DNA of 64,000 nucleotides from positions 78,866 through 142,865 of the forward strand of contig CAVYZQ010000013.1 of NCBI GenBank assembly GCA_963772995.1, given 5' to 3'. The notes beneath the pieces are model-generated. The model did no database searches, was not told the origin of the DNA, and saw only the letters and a list, made by a program, of their open reading frames with translations. Positions 13,084-26,370 of the stretch are shown piece after piece. How positions within the stretch are numbered: the stretch's first letter is position 1; each line of letters opens with the position of its first letter. The translations under genes and the position numbers were made by a program. The DNA is from an uncultured Chloroflexia bacterium. Its GTDB lineage: Bacteria; Chloroflexota; Limnocylindria; Limnocylindrales; CSP1-4.

Positions 13084-14789
13084 TCACCTCCGTGGGGTCG
13101 CGGTCGTGCCGTGTGCGGGCGGCAGGGAGCCCGCGGCGTCGGGCCTCCGGTCCGTGGTGAAGTGGCGCTCGTCGCGCCGCCGCAGCTCCGAGCCGCCCTT
13201 CCAGATGGCGTATTCGAGGGAATCGGCGAGCGCGGCAGCGGACGCCGCGATGATGTTGGTGTCGCTGCCCATCGTCGACCAGGTGCGGGCGCCGTCCATC
13301 GAATCGATGACCACCCGGGTGCGCGCGGCTGTCGCGGCGTTGCCGTCGAGGATCCGCACCTTGTAGTCGACGAGATGGACGTCGTCGAGGTCCGGATAGA
13401 ACGCCCGGAGCGCCTTGCGGAGGGCCGCGTCGAGCGCGTTGACGGGACCGTTCCCGTCGGCCGCGGTGTGGAGGATCTCGCCGTCGACTTCGACCTTGAC
13501 CGTCGCCTCGGCCAGCAGCTCCCGCCCGGACCGCTGTTCGATGAGACAGGTGTAGTCGACGATCCGGAACGGCGCGGCGTAATCCCGCGCGTGACGGCGG
13601 ATCAGGAGCTCGAAGCTCGCCTCGGCACCCTCGAACGCCAGCCCGTCGGCCTCGAGCTGCTTGATGAGCACCGATAGCTCGCGCGGGTCCACCACGCCGT
13701 CGAGCTCGAGGCCGAGCTGCTCGGCCCGGATCGCGGTGTTGGCTCGGCCGCCCAGCTCGGAGACGCACGAGGCGCCCGGCGTTGCCGACCGATGCCGGAT
13801 CCACGTGCTGGTAGCTGCGTTCGACGCGCGCGACCGCCGCCCCGTGGACGCCGCCCTTGTGTGCGAATGCCGACCGCCCGACATACGGCTGGTAGTCGTT
13901 CGGGGTGAGGTTGGCGATCTCCGCGACCGAGCGCGACAGCTCGGTCAGATCGGCGAGGTCGCCGCCGCCGGGCGGGCACCAGGGCGTGCGACGTCTTGAG
14001 CGCCAGGTTCGCCAGGATGCTGACCATGTTCGCGTTGCCGGTGCGCTCGCCGTAGCCGTTGATCGTCGCCTGGACATGGCGGACCCCGGCCGCCACCGCC
14101 GCCATCGAGTTGGCGACCGCAAGGTCTGCATCGTTGTGGGTGTGGATGCCCCACGTGACGGCCGGGGCGTCGGGATCCGCGTCGAGAGTCGCCATCACAT
14201 CCCTGACGACCGCCACGAGCTCGTCGGTCAGGGTGCCTCCGTTGGTGTCGCACAGGACCAGCGTCCGCGACCCGGCGCCGCGCGCTGCCCGCAGCGTCGC
14301 GAGGGCGTAATCGCGGTCGGCCTTGTAGCCGTCGAAGAAGTGCTCGGCGTCGTAGACCACCTCCCGCCCGCGATCGAACACGAAGCCGACCGAGTCGGCG
14401 ACCATGTCGAGGTTCTCCGCGGGCGTCGCGCCGAGGACCTCGGTGACGTGGAGCAGCCAGCTCTTGCCGAAGATCGTCACGACCGGCGTCTCGGCAGCCA
14501 CCAGCTCGCGCAGGTTCGGATCGGCCTCGGGACGGTTCGCGCGATGGCGGGTCATCCCGAAGGCGGCGAGCCTGGCGTGCTCCCAGCGCATCGTCCGGGC
14601 CGCCGCGAAGAACTCGATGTCCTTGGGGTTCGAGCCCGGCCAGCCGCCCTCGACGAACGGCATCCCGTACTCGTCGAGCATCCGTGCGATGCGCAGCTTG
14701 TCGGCGAGTGACAGGGTGATGTTCTCGCCCTGCGTGCCGTCGCGCAGGGTCGTGTCGTACAGGACGACCGGGCTGTCCGTGGCACTCAC
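13084..14789 (-). CDS. cimA: Citramalate synthase (frameshifted)
   Basis: YDTTLRDGTQGE, EGGWPGSNPKD, DAEHFFDG, LCDTNGG, AFAHKGGVH, SELGGR, DYKVRIL. Confidence 0.9.
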
Positions 14790-15994
14790 GCGGTCACCTC
14801 CGCCCCAGCCGCGGCACGCAGCGCGTCCACCACGGCCGTCGCGAACCCGGTCGTCCCGACTACCACGTTGCCATCGGTCTGATCGAGCGGATCGGCGAGA
14901 TCCGCCGTTCGCCAGCCGGCCGCCAACGCCGCGGTCACGGCCGCCTCGATCGCGTCGGCCGCGGCGTCGTGCCCGAGCGAGGTCCGCAGCAGCATCGCGG
15001 CCGACAGGATCGTGCCGATCGGGTCGGCCACGTCACGGCCGGCGATGTCCGGCGCGGAGCCGTGGATGGGCTCGTACAGCCCGAATACGCCGTGAGCGGT
15101 CCTGCGACTCCCGAGCGACGCCGACGGCAGAACGCCGAGACTCCCGGCGAGCACCGCCGCCTCGTCCGAAAGGATGTCGCCGAACAGGTTCTCGGTCACG
15201 ATGACGTCGAAGTCCGCCGGTCGCCGGATGAGCAGCATCGCGCACGAATCGACGAGCTGGTGGTTGAGGGTCACGTCGGGATACTCGGCCGCGATCTCGT
15301 CGGTCACCCGCCGCCACAGCCGCGAGGTCGCCAGCACGTTCGCCTTGTCGACCTGGGTGACGACGCCCCGCCGGGTCCGCGCGAGCTCGAAGGCGAGCCG
15401 GACGACCCGGGCGATCTCGCGCTCGTGATACGGGAGCGTGTCGAGCGCGGACCGGTCGCCCGGCGCGCCCGCGCCCGAGCCCGAGCCCGACGCAGCGGCC
15501 TCCCGCCGCTCGCCGAAGTAGGCGCCGCCCGTCAACTCCCGGACGATGACGAGGTCGACCCCGGCCAGAAGCTCCGGCCGGAGCGGCGACGAGGAGGTGA
15601 GAGCAGGCTGGACGCGAACCGGTCGGAGATTGGCGAACAGCCCGAGCCCGGCCCGCAGCCCGAGGAGGGCCTGCTCCGGGCGGACCGCCGCGTTCGGGTC
15701 CGACCACTTCGGGCCGCCCACGGCACCCAGCAGGATCGCGTCGGCGGCCCCGCAGGCGGCCAGGTCCTCGTCCCGCAGCGGCACTCCGTACGTGTCGATG
15801 GCGATCCCGCCGACGAGGTGCTCGGACCACTCGACGTCGAACCGGAACACGTCGCCGGCGGCATCCACCACCCGGCGCGCCTCGGCGACGACCTCGGGGC
15901 CGACGCCGTCGCCGGGGATCGTCGCGATGCGGTAAGCCGTCGTGCCATCCTCCCCGGGAGACCGCGAGAACCCCTCCGAGGCCCGAGGATTCAA
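14786..15994 (-). CDS. leuB: 3-isopropylmalate dehydrogenase
   Basis: IPGDGVGPEV, GAVGGPKW, VDKANVL, ENLFGDILSD, EPIHGSAPDIAG; TTG start overlapping the leuA stop is inferred. Confidence 0.92.
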   Translation of the reverse strand: MNPRASEGFSRSPGEDGTTAYRIATIPGDGVGPEVVAEARRVVDAAGDVFRFDVEWSEHLVGGIAIDTYGVPLRDEDLAACGAADAILLGAVGGPKWSDPNAAVRPEQALLGLRAGLGLFANLRPVRVQPALTSSSPLRPELLAGVDLVIVRELTGGAYFGERREAAASGSGSGAGAPGDRSALDTLPYHEREIARVVRLAFELARTRRGVVTQVDKANVLATSRLWRRVTDEIAAEYPDVTLNHQLVDSCAMLLIRRPADFDVIVTENLFGDILSDEAAVLAGSLGVLPSASLGSRRTAHGVFGLYEPIHGSAPDIAGRDVADPIGTILSAAMLLRTSLGHDAAADAIEAAVTAALAAGWRTADLADPLDQTDGNVVVGTTGFATAVVDALRAAAGAEVTA

Positions 15995-17631
15995 GGCAGG
16001 GTCTCTCCCTGGCGCGGCGCAACGAAGGCCACGGCGACGCCATTGATCTCGGCACCGTGGAGCTTGTTGACCGCCACGAGGTACGCCTCGAGCGAGGCCT
16101 CGATGATGTTCGTGGACAACCCGTGGCCGGTCACCACGAGCGCTCCCGGACCCTCGTCCGACGACCGGCGGCACCGGACCAGGACCTGGCCCTGGGCATC
16201 CTCGCCGGCGCTCACGGCCTTGATCTCGTACTCGGTGAGAGTGGGGTGCCAGCCGAGGACGGGCTGCAGGGCATCGTCGACGGCTTTGAACAGCGCGTTC
16301 ACCGGGCCGTTCCCGGTGGCCTCCGTGGAGCGCTCCTCGTCACCGATCGTGAGCGTCACCGTTCCGGTCGCGTTCCCGCCGAATGACGACGTCACGCTCC
16401 ACCCGGCCAGCGTGACCGAGGCCGGCACCTCGGAGGATCGCCGCTCCATGAGCGCGTGGAGGTCCGCGTCGGTGACCTCCTTCTTGGCATCGGCGAGCGC
16501 GACCGCCTCGCGATAGAGCTCGTCGAGCGCCTCGCCCTCGACCTCGTAGCCGAGCTCCTTCATCTTGCCCTGCAGGCCGCGGCGGCCGGACAGCTTGCCG
16601 ATCGTCAGCTGGCTCCCGGTGAGCCCGACCGACTGCGGGGTCATGATCTCGTAGGTCAGGGGGTTCTTGATGACGCCGTCCTGGTGGATCCCCAATTCAT
16701 GGGCGAAGGCATTGCCACCGACGACGGCCTTGTTCGGCTGGATGGCGAAGCCCGTGAGGTAGCTGACGAGGCGGCTGGCCGCCGTGATCTGCTCGGTCGC
16801 CACGCCCGATGCGAGGTCGGGGAATTGGGTCGGCCGCGTCCGAAGGGCCATGACGACCTCCTCGAGCGACGCGTTGCCCGCGCGCTCGCCGAGGCCGTTG
16901 ATGGTGACCTCGACCTGGCGGGCACCGGCCTGGACCGCGGCAAGGGTGTTGGCCGTGGCGAGACCGAGGTCGTTGTGGCAGTGGACGCTGATCGTCGCCT
17001 CGTTCCCGACGCGCTCGACGACGCGCGCGACCAGCGCCCCGAACTCGGCGGGGATGGCATAGCCGACGGTGTCGGGGATGTTGACGGTCGACGCGCCCGC
17101 CTCGACCACCGCCTCGTAGACCTGGAGCAGATAGTCGAGGTCGGTCCGTGACGCGTCCTCGGCCGAGAACTCGATCTCGGCGTCGCGCCCGAGCTGCTCG
17201 CGGCCATGGCGGACCCAGCGGACGGCCTCGGCGAGGGCGGTCTCGCGGTCGATCCGCAGCTTGTGCTTGAGGTGGATGTCGCTCGTGGCGATGAACACGT
17301 GGAGATGCGGGCGCTCGGCGACCTTGATGGCCTCGATCGCGCGCTGCGGGTCGCCATCCTTGCAGCGGGCGAGCGCGGCAACGGCGATCCCGCCGCGGGT
17401 CTCCTGGGCGATCCTCCGAACGGCCTCGAAGTCGCCCGGCGACGCCGCCGGGAAGCCTGCCTCGATGACGTCGACCCGAAGCCGGGCGAGCTGCCGCGCC
17501 ACGTCCAGCTTCTCGGCTGCCGTCAGGCCCGCCCCGGGTGCCTGCTCGCCGTCGCGCAGGGTGGTGTCGAAGATGCGCACGCTGCCCGCGGGAACGAACG
17601 GCCCCGAGGGCCGGGGTACAGCGGCGCTCAT
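15991..17631 (-). CDS. leuA: 2-isopropylmalate synthase
   Basis: [45 protein letters not shown]; C-terminal regulatory domain. Confidence 0.95.
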   Translation of the reverse strand: MSAAVPRPSGPFVPAGSVRIFDTTLRDGEQAPGAGLTAAEKLDVARQLARLRVDVIEAGFPAASPGDFEAVRRIAQETRGGIAVAALARCKDGDPQRAIEAIKVAERPHLHVFIATSDIHLKHKLRIDRETALAEAVRWVRHGREQLGRDAEIEFSAEDASRTDLDYLLQVYEAVVEAGASTVNIPDTVGYAIPAEFGALVARVVERVGNEATISVHCHNDLGLATANTLAAVQAGARQVEVTINGLGERAGNASLEEVVMALRTRPTQFPDLASGVATEQITAASRLVSYLTGFAIQPNKAVVGGNAFAHELGIHQDGVIKNPLTYEIMTPQSVGLTGSQLTIGKLSGRRGLQGKMKELGYEVEGEALDELYREAVALADAKKEVTDADLHALMERRSSEVPASVTLAGWSVTSSFGGNATGTVTLTIGDEERSTEATGNGPVNALFKAVDDALQPVLGWHPTLTEYEIKAVSAGEDAQGQVLVRCRRSSDEGPGALVVTGHGLSTNIIEASLEAYLVAVNKLHGAEINGVAVAFVAPRQGETLP

Positions 17632-18681
17632 CGGGCGGCCCCCGGGGTCGTGGCGGCCGCCTGGGCCTGGCCGGCCTGGACCTCGACTGGGTCGAGGAAC
17701 GGCATCTGCGCCCGCAATCCGGCGCCGACCCGCTCGATGAGGTGGTCGCGGTCTGCCTCGCGCAGCCGCCGGAACTCGGCCCCACCCGAATCGCTCTCGG
17801 CGATCCAGCGAGCGGCGAATGTGCCGTCCTGGATCTCCTTGAGGACCTGCTGCATGGTCGCTCGCACGTGGTCGTCGATGATCCGCGGGCCGGAGACGTA
17901 GTCGCCGTACTCGGCGGTGTCGCTGACCGAGAAGCGCATGAAATTGAGCCCGCCGCGGTACATCAGGTCGACGATGAGCTTCAGCTCGTGCATCGTCTCG
18001 AAGTAGGCCAGCTCAGGCTGGTATCCGGCCTCGACGAGGGTCTCGAAGGCCATCTTGACGAGGGCCGCGGTGCCACCGCACAGGACCGACTGCTCGCCGA
18101 ACAGGTCGGTCTCGGTCTCTTCCGCGAACGTCGTCTCGAGGATGCCCGCCCTGGTCGAGCCGATCGCCCGGCCGTAGGCGAGGACGCGATCGCGTGCGGT
18201 CCCCGACTGGTCGCGATGGACGGCGAACAGGGCGGGCACGCCGCCACCGGCCCGGTAGACGGAACGCAGAAGATGACCCGGGCCCCTTGGGCGCGATCAT
18301 CCCAACGTCGATGATGCCCGGCGGATCGATCCGCCCGAACCGGATGTTGAAGCCATGGGCGAACATCAGGAGATGGCCGGGGTGAAGATGCGGGGCGATC
18401 TCCTCGTCGTAGACCGCCTTCTGGGCCGTGTCCGGGACGAGGAGCATGATGACGTCGGCGGCCTGCACAGCCTCGGCGACGTCGGTGACGCGCAGGCCCG
18501 CATCGCTCGCCAGCGCCCGGCTCTTTGACCCCGGAGCAAGACCGACGACGACGTCCACCCCGGATTCGTGCAGGTTCAGGGCGTGGGCGTGTCCCTGGCT
18601 CCCGTAGCCGATGATGGCGACCGTCTGCCCCGCGAGGGCCGCCGGGTCCGCGTCGTTGTCGTAGTAGATCCTCGCGGTCAT
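17628..18681 (-). CDS. ilvC: Ketol-acid reductoisomerase (frameshift near 18280)
   Basis: [53 protein letters not shown]. Confidence 0.95.
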
Positions 18682-19301
18682 CGCTTGATTGCCTCCTCGA
18701 TGGATCCGGAACCCCTTGCCATGACGACGGCGCCGGTGCGGACCAGCTCCTTGATGCCGTAGGTGCGGACGAGCGCGACGAACGCGTCGACCTCGCTCTC
18801 GGTGCCCGTGACCTCGACGATGACCGAGCCGTCGGCGATGTCGACGACGCGTCCTCGCGACAGCTCCACGAGCTTGAGGACCTCGGACCGCGTCGAATCG
18901 GTCGCCCTGATCTTGACCAGGGCGAGCTCCTGCTGGACGGTCGGTTCGCCCGTGACGTCCTGGACCTTCAGGACGTCGATCAGTCGATAGAGCTGCTTGG
19001 TCGCCTGTTCGATCGCGACGTCGTCACCGTGCAGGGTGATCGTCATCCGGCTGACGTCCTCGCGATCGGTATGGCTGACGGCGAGCGAATCGATGTTGAA
19101 GTTGCGGGCCCGCATGAGGCTCGACACCCGGTTCAACACGCCCGGCTTGTTGAGGACGACTGCGACGAGGACGTGGCGGCGGGTCTCGCCCCCGCCGGGG
19201 AGCGCTCGCGGGGGAGGTGCGCTGTGTGCGGGGGCCGAAGCGGGGGCGGGGCCCGCTGTCGCCGCGGGCAGCCGCCCGTTGGTGCTGGGGTCGGTGCTCA
19301 T
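18678..19301 (-). CDS. ilvN: Acetolactate synthase small subunit
   Basis: [42 protein letters not shown]. Confidence 0.92.
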   Translation of the reverse strand: MSTDPSTNGRLPAATAGPAPASAPAHSAPPPRALPGGGETRRHVLVAVVLNKPGVLNRVSSLMRARNFNIDSLAVSHTDREDVSRMTITLHGDDVAIEQATKQLYRLIDVLKVQDVTGEPTVQQELALVKIRATDSTRSEVLKLVELSRGRVVDIADGSVIVEVTGTESEVDAFVALVRTYGIKELVRTGAVVMARGSGSIEEAIKR

Positions 19302-21173
19302 TCGTCGGGCCCGCCCCACTTCTCGATGAGGTCGGACAGGCCCTTGCCGGCCGGCATCATCGGGAAGATGTTCTGTTCCTCGGCGATCTCGAACCAGATG
19401 AGCGCCGGACCATCGACGCCCTGGGCGAAGCGGATGGCATCGTCGACGGCGTCGGGGGTGGAGGCCTTCACCGCCGGGACGCCGAATGCCTCCGCGAGCT
19501 TGAGGTAATCAGGCCCGAGGAGATGCGCAGAGTGGTAGTTGCCGGCGTAGATGATCTCCTGCCACTGCCGGATCATCCCGAGCTTCTTGTTGTCGAAGAG
19601 CGCGATCTTGACCGGGATCCGGTCCTGGACCAGGGTCATGAGCTCCTGGAACGTCATCTGGAAGCCACCGTCGCCGGCGATCGCCCACGTCTCGCGGTCC
19701 GGCCGGCCGAGTGCCGCGCCCATCGCCGCGGGGACCGAGTAGCCCATCGTGCCGAGGCCGCCCGAGCTGACGTGGCTGTTCGGGCTGGGTGAACCCTGTG
19801 TATCGGGCGAGCCACATCTGGTTCTGGCCGACGTCAGCCACGTAGTTGGCCGAGTGGTTGGTCAGCTCGCCGATCCGCGCGACCACGTAATCGGCCGACA
19901 GGAGGCCGTCGCGCCAGGCGCCTGAGCCGTGCCAGGAGGACGCGACCGAATCCGACTTCCACTCGGCGAGCTGCTCGAAGTACTCGGCCCGGCTCGCGGG
20001 GTCCACCTCGTCGACGAGCTTCGTCAGACCCTGGATGACCCGTTTCGCGTCACCGACGATGGGCACCTCGACCGCCACGTTCTTGCCGATCTCGGCGGGA
20101 TCGATGTCGGCGTGGACGATCCGCGCGTAGGGCGCATACGTGCGGACGTTGCCGGTCACCCGGTCGTCGAAGCGCATCCCGATCGCGATCAGCAGGTCGG
20201 CGCTCTGGATGGCCCGGTTGACGTGCTTCCAGCCGTGCATGCCCATGTAGCCGTAGGCCAGCGGATGGTTCTCATCGATGGCGCCGATGCCGAGGAGCGT
20301 CCATGCCACCGGGATCTGGGTCTTCTCGGCGAAGGCGACGAGGTCGTCCCATGCGCCCGCGTGAAGGACGCCGTGCCCCGCGAGGATCACCGGCCGCTTC
20401 GCTCCGGCGATCTCAGCGGCAGCGAGCTTCAGCTGGCGCGGATGCCCCTCGAGGTTCGGGCGGAAACCGGGCAGGCCGGCGATGACCTCTTCCTCGGAGG
20501 GATGCTCGGCACGCGTCTCCTGCTGGAGGGCATCCTTGGTGATGTCGATGTGGACGGGGCCCGGTCGGCCGGTCCTCGCGATGTGGAAGGCCTCGGCGAC
20601 GACCCGGGGCAGGTCGTTCGCGTCCCGCACCAGGTAGTTGTGCTTGGTCATCGGCAAGGTGATGCCGTTGATGTCGATCTCCTGGAACGCGTCCTTGCCG
20701 ATGAGCGCCGAGGGCACGTTCCCGGTGATCGCGACCATCGGCACCGAATCGAGGAGGGCTGTCCCGATCCCGGTCACGAGGTTCGTGGCACCCGGGCCGG
20801 ATGTGCCCATGCACACGCCCACCCGGCCGGTGACCCGCGCGTATCCGTCCGCAGCGTGCGCCCCGCCCTGCTCGTGGCGGACCAGGATGTGACGGAGCTC
20901 CGGGTAGTCGCCCAGGATGTCGTAGAGCGGCAGGATCACCCCGCCCGGGTAGCTGAAGAAGACGTCCACACCCTGCAGCAGCAACGCCTCGCACAGGACG
21001 TCGGCCCCGATCCTCGTCCGCTTGAGCTCGCGACCCTCGTGGAGCATCTCCTTGCGCGCGCGCTCGATCGCCGCGGCGCCGGCCGTGCCGTCATTGGGGA
21101 CGTGGCTGCGCCTTTCCGGCGGATGGACGGCCGGGCTCGATGGGCCTGCCGGGTCTTCCTTGGCGATCGTCAT
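19298..21173 (-). CDS. ilvB: Acetolactate synthase large subunit (frameshift near 19785)
   Basis: YPGG, RHEQGGAHAADGYAR, TSGPGATN, DAFQE, RFDDRVTG, DVGQNQMW, GDGGFQM. Confidence 0.95.
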
Positions 21174-21200
21174 CTGGTGGGCCTCCCTCGCGATGCTTCG

Positions 21201-21235
21201 CAAAACGAAAGACCCCCGCCGCTCCGGCGAGGGTC
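21201..21235 (-). terminator. Intrinsic terminator of the ilv-leu attenuator
   Basis: Minus strand reads GACCCTCGCCG-GAG-CGGCGGGGGTC followed by TTTCGTTTTG. Confidence 0.85.
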
Positions 21236-21258
21236 CTGAAGGTCGATCGGTGGTGGCG

Positions 21259-21393
21259 CTAGTCGCGCTTGCCGCTCCGTGTCCCTCGGTCCCGCCGGGA
21301 GCCGGTAATAAGGCCGAGAAGGCCGTCAAGCCCCGGAAGCGAGCGAAGAAGGTCGAGGAGCGATACGTCCGACGGGGTGGGATCGAGGGGCAC
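21259..21393 (-). CDS. Leu-rich leader peptide, 44 aa (attenuation)
   Basis: GTG-start MPLDPTPSDVSLLDLLRSLPGLDGLLGLITGSRRDRGTRSGKRD; 10 Leu (6 CTT), Val GTA, Ile ATT; directly precedes the terminator and ilvB. Confidence 0.75.
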   Translation of the reverse strand: MPLDPTPSDVSLLDLLRSLPGLDGLLGLITGSRRDRGTRSGKRD

Positions 21394-21617
21394 ATGGACG
21401 CGGCGACCGTCCGCCGTCACGGCGACGGCGACCTTTCGGCGGTTGCCTGCATCGAAGAAACCCAATCCGATCTCCCGTGGCGCTCCGCCGCGGGCTTTAC
21501 CCCGCGGAGACCGGCAGTCTAGCAGGCTTCCAGATATCGTCAACCGGGTCACCTGGTACCCGCCGGGAGGACCGAACGGGTGCATTCGGGCGTCGATCGG
21601 CGGGCGAAGATGGGCCG

Positions 21618-22257
21618 GTGTTCATCCTCTACGCCGTGCTCGCCGGCTGGTCGTCGGCCTGCTGACCGGCGGCTCACCGGCGCGCCTCGCCGAGCTCCAG
21701 TTCCGGTGGGCGGCACTGATCGCCGTCGGGATGGCCGCCCAGGTGCTGCTGTTCTCGACCTCCGGGCGAAGCCGCCTGGCGGCTCCCGTCGCCTAATCTG
21801 TCGAACGTCGGCCGTCCTGGCGACCGTGTGCGGCCTGCCATCCCCGGCCGGCGGCTCGCCGGAGTCGCGATCGTGGCCAACGGCGGGTACATGCCGGTCA
21901 GCCCGGGCGCCCTTGCCGCCCTCGAAAGGCTGCCCGGCACGGCTATCGAAGAGCAGGCTCGTGGACGGCGTGGTCCTCGGGCCCCTGACGGACGTCCTGG
22001 CGATGCCCGCCTGGCTCCCGCTGGCCAACGTGTTCAGCGTTGGCGACCTGCTCATCGGCATCGGCTGCGCCGCGGCCTTCGCCGCGTCGATGCATGGCCG
22101 GGGTCCCACCGTCTCCAGACGGCCGGTGCGCCGAGGCACTGACCCCACGGTTCGCCTGGAGCGGCACCTCCGGCGCATGGTCCCGGGACCCATGGCTCCC
22201 AGTGTGGAGTCACGAGCGAAATCCGCTCAGCGGTGGCCAAGGACGAGGGTCGTCTGA
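21618..22257 (+). CDS. DUF5317-like membrane protein (frameshifted; 3' end uncertain)
   Basis: MFILYAVLAG...GGSPARLAELQFRW..., NGGYMPV, LGPLTDVLAMPAWLPLANVFSVGDLLI. Confidence 0.7.
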
Positions 22258-22298
22258 GGCGGGACGCGGTTGAGGATCCCGGTCGAGCGAGTCCGGCC

Positions 22299-22388
22299 GT
22301 GAAGGCGAAACTGGCTCGCTTCAGCATCGCGCTCTCGCTCCTGGCGACCATCGCGCTGACTCTCGGCGCAGGAGTCAAGTGGAACTAG
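22299..22388 (+). CDS. 29-aa hydrophobic small peptide MKAKLARFSIALSLLATIALTLGAGVKWN
   Basis: Read directly from sequence (GTG...TAG); basic N-terminus, hydrophobic core, GAGxKW tail; below the ORF-track cutoff. Confidence 0.65.
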   Translation: MKAKLARFSIALSLLATIALTLGAGVKWN

Positions 22389-22693
22389 GACTCAAGGGCT
22401 CACTCGTGGCCCGGATCGGCGATTCCCGACACGACGCCCAGCGACCCGGCCCGTCCGCCGGCATCCGCTGGGACTGAGATCCCGCGGGTCAGCTATCGAC
22501 CCGCTTCGCGTCTCACAGGAGAGCGGCTCGTATGGGCCGCTCTTCGTCGTTCCTGCGGCAGCGACGGCCGACCGAGCGCGTCGACGTCGCTCGAAGCCGC
22601 TCGAGGCCCATCCCGGGCAGGCTGCGCAGGCTCTGGTACGCTCTGCCACCCATTCTCGAACTCCTTCGAACCCCGAGGACCGCGAGCCGCCGC

Positions 22694-24133
<1,440 letters not shown>

Positions 24134-24136
24134 CCG

Positions 24137-24760
24137 ATGGCCGAGCCGTACACGGTCTTCACCAGCAAGGTGATCCCGCTGCCGGCCGAGAATGTCGACA
24201 CCGACCAGATCGTCCCGGCGCGCTATCTCAAGGTCACCGACAAGGCGGGTCTCGCCGAGGCGCTCTTCTGCGACTGGCGCTACGAGGCCGACGGTTCGCT
24301 CAAGGAGCCGCGCTTCGTCCTCGACCGGCCCGGGATGAGCGGGCGGAGGATCTTGCTCGTCGGCGACAACTTCGGCTGCGGATCGTCGCGTGAGCACGCG
24401 CCGTGGGCCCTGACTGCCTGGGGGATCCGGGCGATCCTGTCGACCTCGTTTGCCGACATCTTCCGCAACAACAGCCTCAAGAACGGGGTGCTGCCGGTCG
24501 TCGTCGATCCGGACATGCACGAGCACCTGTTCTCCATGGTGACCGAGCATCCCGAGGTCGAACTGACCGTCGACCTCGACGCTCAGGTCGTCCACCTGCC
24601 CGGCGACGAGGACCTTCCGTTCGACATCGATCCGTTCGCCAAGCGGATGATCCTCGCGGGCACGGACGAGCTGGGCTACCTCCTCTCGAAGGAGCCCGAG
24701 CTGCGTGCGTGGGAGGATGCCCACCCGGCGAGGATCGATTCACTTGCCGGAGCGCGCTGA
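24137..24760 (+). CDS. leuD: 3-isopropylmalate dehydratase small subunit
   Basis: NVDTDQIVPARYLK, NFGCGSSREHAPWAL, FADIFRNN. Confidence 0.96.
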   Translation: MAEPYTVFTSKVIPLPAENVDTDQIVPARYLKVTDKAGLAEALFCDWRYEADGSLKEPRFVLDRPGMSGRRILLVGDNFGCGSSREHAPWALTAWGIRAILSTSFADIFRNNSLKNGVLPVVVDPDMHEHLFSMVTEHPEVELTVDLDAQVVHLPGDEDLPFDIDPFAKRMILAGTDELGYLLSKEPELRAWEDAHPARIDSLAGAR

Positions 24761-25093
24761 CCGAACTCGCGACGGCGGCACGGATCGCCGGTCAGCCCGC
24801 CCGGGGCGATATTTCGCCCGGTGGTCCTCCCGACCGACGACGATATCGCCGAGCCGGCGACGAGTGGCCTCCGAGCGCGATTTCGGTCCCTTCGTTGCAC
24901 CCCAGTGGACCGAATCGACCGTCGAGAGCGGCGGCGACCCGACCCGAGCCGCTCTGGCGGTCGATAGGACCACCCGGCGAAACAGGCGACAGGGTAGCAA
25001 GTCAGCTCGGCCCCTGGCTCCTCCGTCTCGGCGCCGCCAGCACGTCCGACGCCGTCGCGGGCACGCCGCGGCCGCCTGTGGGACGATCGGCCG

Positions 25094-26278
25094 GTGAACC
25101 TCCTGGACGTGGTCGTCGTGCTGCTCCTGCTGGCCGGTCTCATCCTCGGCTGGCGCTCGGGCGCTATCCCGCAGATCGCAGGGCTCCTGGGCGCGATCGC
25201 TGGAGGCGCGCTCGTCATCGTCGCGCTGCCGTACTTTGCGGATCCCCTGTCGAGCGTGGACCCGGGCATCCGTCCCCTTGTCGTCCTGTTGGCCCTCGTC
25301 GGGGCGGTCGCGATCGGCGAATCGGTGGGTGGAAGCCTCGGCCGCGTGGCGGCCCATGGCCTCGGGACCGGGATCCTGAGCGCCGCCGACCGGACCGCTG
25401 GCGCCGCCCTGGGAGCGGCCCAGGCCATCCTCATCGTGTGGCTCGCCGGCGGTCTCCTCGCCGAGGGCCCGCTGCCCCGCCTGGCCCAGACGGCGAGCAC
25501 GTCCACCGCGATCCGGACGATCGCGACCGTCCTCCCGCCGCCGACAGACTTCGCCCTCGGTCTGGGCCAATTCCTCGATTCGACCGGGCTGCCGGACGTG
25601 TTCGTCGGCTTCGAGCCGCTGCCCGCGCCACCGGTGAAGCTTCCGGACGACCCGACGACGCGGGCGATCGCGGCCGCGGCCCAGGCGAGCACCGTGAAGG
25701 TCTCGGCGGCGAGCTGCGGCCTGCAGGCCGTCGGGACCGGCTTCGCGGTGGCCTCGGGCTACGTCGTCACGAACGCCCACGTCGTCGCGGGGGCCCCGAC
25801 CGACGCGATCAGGGTCACCGCGGCCGGCGGTCGCGTCCTCGATGCCGTGCCGGTCTTCATCGATCCCGCGCTCGACGTCGCGCTCCTCCACGTGGACCAG
25901 TTGACGGCCATCGCGCTCCAGTGGGCTCCCAAGGACCCGGAGCGGGGCGCGGTCGGAGCGACCCTGGGCTACCCGGGCGGCCACGCCCTGACGATCCTTC
26001 CCGCAGCGGTCACCAGCCGCTATCCGGCGACCGGACGTGACATCTACGGAACGAACCACGTCCGGCGGGAGATCCTCGAGCTCCGCGCCCAGATCGAACC
26101 GGGTGACAGCGGCGGGCCGCTGGTGCTCTCGGACGGCACGGTCGGCGGGGTGGTGTTCGCAGAGGCGAAGTCAGATCCGGACGTGGGCTACGCACTCGCG
26201 GCCTCGGACGTCGCCAACGCTCTCCGGCTCGCCATCGGGCGGACACGGGCGACCAGCACCGGCGACTGCATCCGCTGA
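25094..26278 (+). CDS. MarP-family membrane serine protease (CvpA-like TM region plus trypsin-like domain)
   Basis: N-terminal TM helices; VTNAHVVAG, LDVALL, PGDSGGPL. Confidence 0.88.
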   Translation: MNLLDVVVVLLLLAGLILGWRSGAIPQIAGLLGAIAGGALVIVALPYFADPLSSVDPGIRPLVVLLALVGAVAIGESVGGSLGRVAAHGLGTGILSAADRTAGAALGAAQAILIVWLAGGLLAEGPLPRLAQTASTSTAIRTIATVLPPPTDFALGLGQFLDSTGLPDVFVGFEPLPAPPVKLPDDPTTRAIAAAAQASTVKVSAASCGLQAVGTGFAVASGYVVTNAHVVAGAPTDAIRVTAAGGRVLDAVPVFIDPALDVALLHVDQLTAIALQWAPKDPERGAVGATLGYPGGHALTILPAAVTSRYPATGRDIYGTNHVRREILELRAQIEPGDSGGPLVLSDGTVGGVVFAEAKSDPDVGYALAASDVANALRLAIGRTRATSTGDCIR

Positions 26279-26370
26279 TCGCCCGGGCCGGCCCCCCGGA
26301 GATGTACGCTGGCCACCGATACCCGACCCTGACGACCCGCGACGCCGTCGCGACCCTGGAGACCGATCGC

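Noticed and set aside
19509-21395. N-terminally extended IlvB starting at 21395
   Set aside because: The extension runs through the attenuator; a GGGAGG SD supports the ATG at 21173.
22225-22298. Known riboswitch before the 29-aa peptide
   Set aside because: Only a partial resemblance (CGTCTGAGGCGGGACGC); cannot be assigned to a family by eye.
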